Shown here piece after piece: positions 25,718 through 27,442 of a stretch of 27,442 bases of DNA. Under the pieces are notes generated by a model. That model saw only the letters and a list, made by a program, of their open reading frames with translations. It had not been told where the DNA came from and did no database searches. Position numbers and translations under genes: made by a program. Source of the stretch: a bacterium (GTDB lineage: Bacteria; Zhuqueibacterota; Zhuqueibacteria; Oceanimicrobiales; Oceanimicrobiaceae); contig JBHHXN010000060.1 in assembly GCA_046757025.1 (NCBI GenBank), positions 1 to 27,442 on the forward strand. The letters are read 5' to 3'. Every line of letters begins with the position of its first letter. Position 1 is the stretch's first letter.

Positions 25718-25841
25718 GTTAGCGGTTGTGGCTGCCCAGAAGAAAGTTGAAATGACGTGAAAACCCGAGTTTTGAGCCCATTGCCGATGGGGCTGCTTCA
25801 ATAAATGATTGGGTCTGGTACGCGACCGCAAGCAACAAGCA

Positions 25842-25873
25842 TTTGCTTTTCGAGTAAATAATGTTTACATTTG
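25842..25873 (+). promoter_or_regulatory. Candidate promoter for the right-end small-gene cluster
   Basis: TTGCTT (25843-25848) - 17 nt - TACATT (25866-25871). It also fits the Bacteroidetes-type TTTG-N20-TAnnTTTG. Confidence 0.5.
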
Positions 25874-26013
25874 CGCCATGGTCGTGTTGAGATTTTAGGC
25901 ACGCAAATGGTCATGCCGGAAGTGGGGATGTATTCTGCCGTCGTTTTCGGTCGAATGAACCGGCCGCTAACCCTCAACTAAATCCAGAATCCATTTCAAC
26001 AGGGAGCATAGCG

Positions 26014-26193
26014 ATGAATGACAAAAAAGAAGCCGATAACAAGTCGCAATTTAATCAGATCGGTTACTGGTTGGCCATCGGGACTGGAGTTGGTACGGCC
26101 CTGGGAGCCGCTCTGGGAAACATTGGTGTGGGCGTGGCTCTGGGCGCCGGTCTGGGCATGGCAATTGGGGTGATCTTTTCACAGCGACGATAA
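26014..26193 (+). CDS. Small glycine-zipper membrane protein (59 aa; not in ORF track)
   Basis: MNDKKEADNKSQFNQIGYWLAIGTGVGTALGAALGNIGVGVALGAGLGMAIGVIFSQRR*. RBS AGGGAG. GxxxG repeats. Confidence 0.8.
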   Translation: MNDKKEADNKSQFNQIGYWLAIGTGVGTALGAALGNIGVGVALGAGLGMAIGVIFSQRR

Positions 26194-26208
26194 TCCTTTT
26201 TTTACATC

Positions 26209-26496
26209 ATGCAAGATAAAAATGCCTATTTAAAGGCTCTGTCTGCCAGACACCAAGAATGGCTGTGGCAGATAGAAGACATCAAATCTAAAGCTAAACG
26301 CGTAGCCGCGATGCAGCAGCTTGAATTTTATAGACAATTGGATTTATTGGATGCCAAGATCCATTTAATGCAGGAAAAGCTCCAACTGCTGGAGGCAGCA
26401 GAAGGCGCGGCGTGGAATGAACTGAAAGCCAGCTTGGATGGCATCGGCAATGAAATTGAAAACGCGCTGGATAGCGCCGGGGCAAAGGTAAGGTAA
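26209..26496 (+). CDS. Small coiled-coil protein
   Basis: All-helical pattern KNAY...EWLWQIEDIKSKA...KLQLLEAAEGAAWNELKASLD. It resembles widespread ~95-aa coiled-coil hypothetical proteins. Confidence 0.7.
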   Translation: MQDKNAYLKALSARHQEWLWQIEDIKSKAKRVAAMQQLEFYRQLDLLDAKIHLMQEKLQLLEAAEGAAWNELKASLDGIGNEIENALDSAGAKVR

Positions 26497-26501
26497 TTTC
26501 C

Positions 26502-27176
26502 GTGTTTAAAGAATTGATCCATTTTGCTGTGCACGCGCCATCGACGTTGGCGCTGAAAAGTCGCTTCACGCGGATGCAATTGTATGATGAGCTCATGGTG
26601 CGAGCGGATGAGGAAGGGATGGCTTACTGGCGGGAAACGCTGGTATCAGATGTGGGGGGCGATGTCCTGGAAGTCGGTTGTGGGACCGGCCTTATGTTTT
26701 GCCACTATAAACAGGGGGCCAAAGTGGCGGCCATCGAGCCGGAGGCGGAATTTCTGGAACGGGCAATAAAACGGGCGCTTGATTCCGAAGCCGCGGTATC
26801 GCTATCCATAGCAGACGGCCTACGGATGCCGTTTGCGGACGAAACATTCGATTTTGTGATTATCGCTATGGTGCTGTGCAGCGTGCCTTCGGTGGAGCGG
26901 GTATTAAATGAAGTGCGTCGCGTGTTGAAGAAAGGGGGCGAAGTACGACTCATCGAGCACGTGCGCAGTACAAACCCCATAAAAGGGGCGGTGATGGATT
27001 GGCTCAATCCGATTTGGCTAAAATTGAATCAACAGGGTTGCAACATGAATCGTTCCACGGAACGGCTACTGGAAGAAAATGGTTTTTTGCTCAAGGAGGT
27101 GGCCTCTTTTAAAATTTTTACGCCCGGATTGCCGACTTTTCCCAAGCGCTGGATGCGCGCGGTTCCGAATGCATGA
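26502..27176 (+). CDS. Class I SAM-dependent methyltransferase (METTL7/UbiE-like)
   Basis: VLEVGCGTG, MPFADETFDFV, VLCSV, EVRRVLKKGG..LIEHV and GCNMNR. The exact start codon is uncertain. Confidence 0.9.
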   Translation: MFKELIHFAVHAPSTLALKSRFTRMQLYDELMVRADEEGMAYWRETLVSDVGGDVLEVGCGTGLMFCHYKQGAKVAAIEPEAEFLERAIKRALDSEAAVSLSIADGLRMPFADETFDFVIIAMVLCSVPSVERVLNEVRRVLKKGGEVRLIEHVRSTNPIKGAVMDWLNPIWLKLNQQGCNMNRSTERLLEENGFLLKEVASFKIFTPGLPTFPKRWMRAVPNA

Positions 27177-27232
27177 ATGAGCTGCTGCCACATCGGCTGC
27201 ACGATGTTGAGCTAATGTTTACCCCTGACTGC

Positions 27233-27442
27233 CTATTCAAATGTAAACAGGGTCAGATGAGTTTTGTCTTTAATGAGAATTTTTTTGTCGAAAATAGCCG
27301 GATGGGCCCAGGTGGGCGTGCTGGCTACCTGATACGATTTAACCGGCACGAATTTTTGCCCAGAGCGTTGGGCGATCACCAGCTCGCCGTTGGTTTGCAG
27401 ACTCAATAGAAATTCTCCCGCACGCAACAGTGCCGCGTTGTC
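27233..27442 (-). CDS. C-terminal part of a PQQ-like/BamB-like beta-propeller protein (gene runs off the window)
   Basis: The frame is open to the window edge (DNAALLRAGEFLLSL...). C-terminus TWAHPAIFDKKILIKD..HLTLF is typical of PQQ-repeat propellers. Confidence 0.7.
   Translation of the reverse strand, partial: DNAALLRAGEFLLSLQTNGELVIAQRSGQKFVPVKSYQVASTPTWAHPAIFDKKILIKDKTHLTLFTFE

Overview
Bacterial genomic window, probably from an FCB-related or KSB1/Calditrichota-like diderm. That placement is inferred from gene content: a PorV/PorQ-family barrel, a T9SS-CTD-like protein and a carboxypeptidase-regulatory-domain TonB receptor. The left half holds a five-gene minus-strand envelope operon: two related Ig-repeat lipoproteins, a TonB-dependent receptor, an acidic secreted protein with a T9SS-type C-terminal domain, and a PorV/PorQ barrel. 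It has a perfect TTGACA-17-TATAAT promoter, a palindromic operator-like site, a ~500-nt leader and an intrinsic terminator. A divergent XRE-cupin regulator and two secreted peptidases (M28, S9) lie next to it. The best candidate for an undescribed system is this SusD-less nutrient (possibly peptide) uptake locus with its own PorV-like partner. The middle holds a LysM membrane protein with a sigma54-like promoter, two downstream anti-Shine-Dalgarno sRNA-like structures, sppA and a TPR lipoprotein. The right part holds an OM beta-barrel, the TIGR03546/TIGR03545 pair, a 59-aa glycine-zipper ORF missing from the ORF track, a coiled-coil protein, a SAM methyltransferase and a partial PQQ-like beta-propeller gene. 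Intergenic regions carry several MITEs with terminal inverted repeats and target duplications, each nesting REP-like hairpins. I saw no rRNA, tRNA, CRISPR array or transposase. All family assignments come from motif recognition by eye, without database searches.
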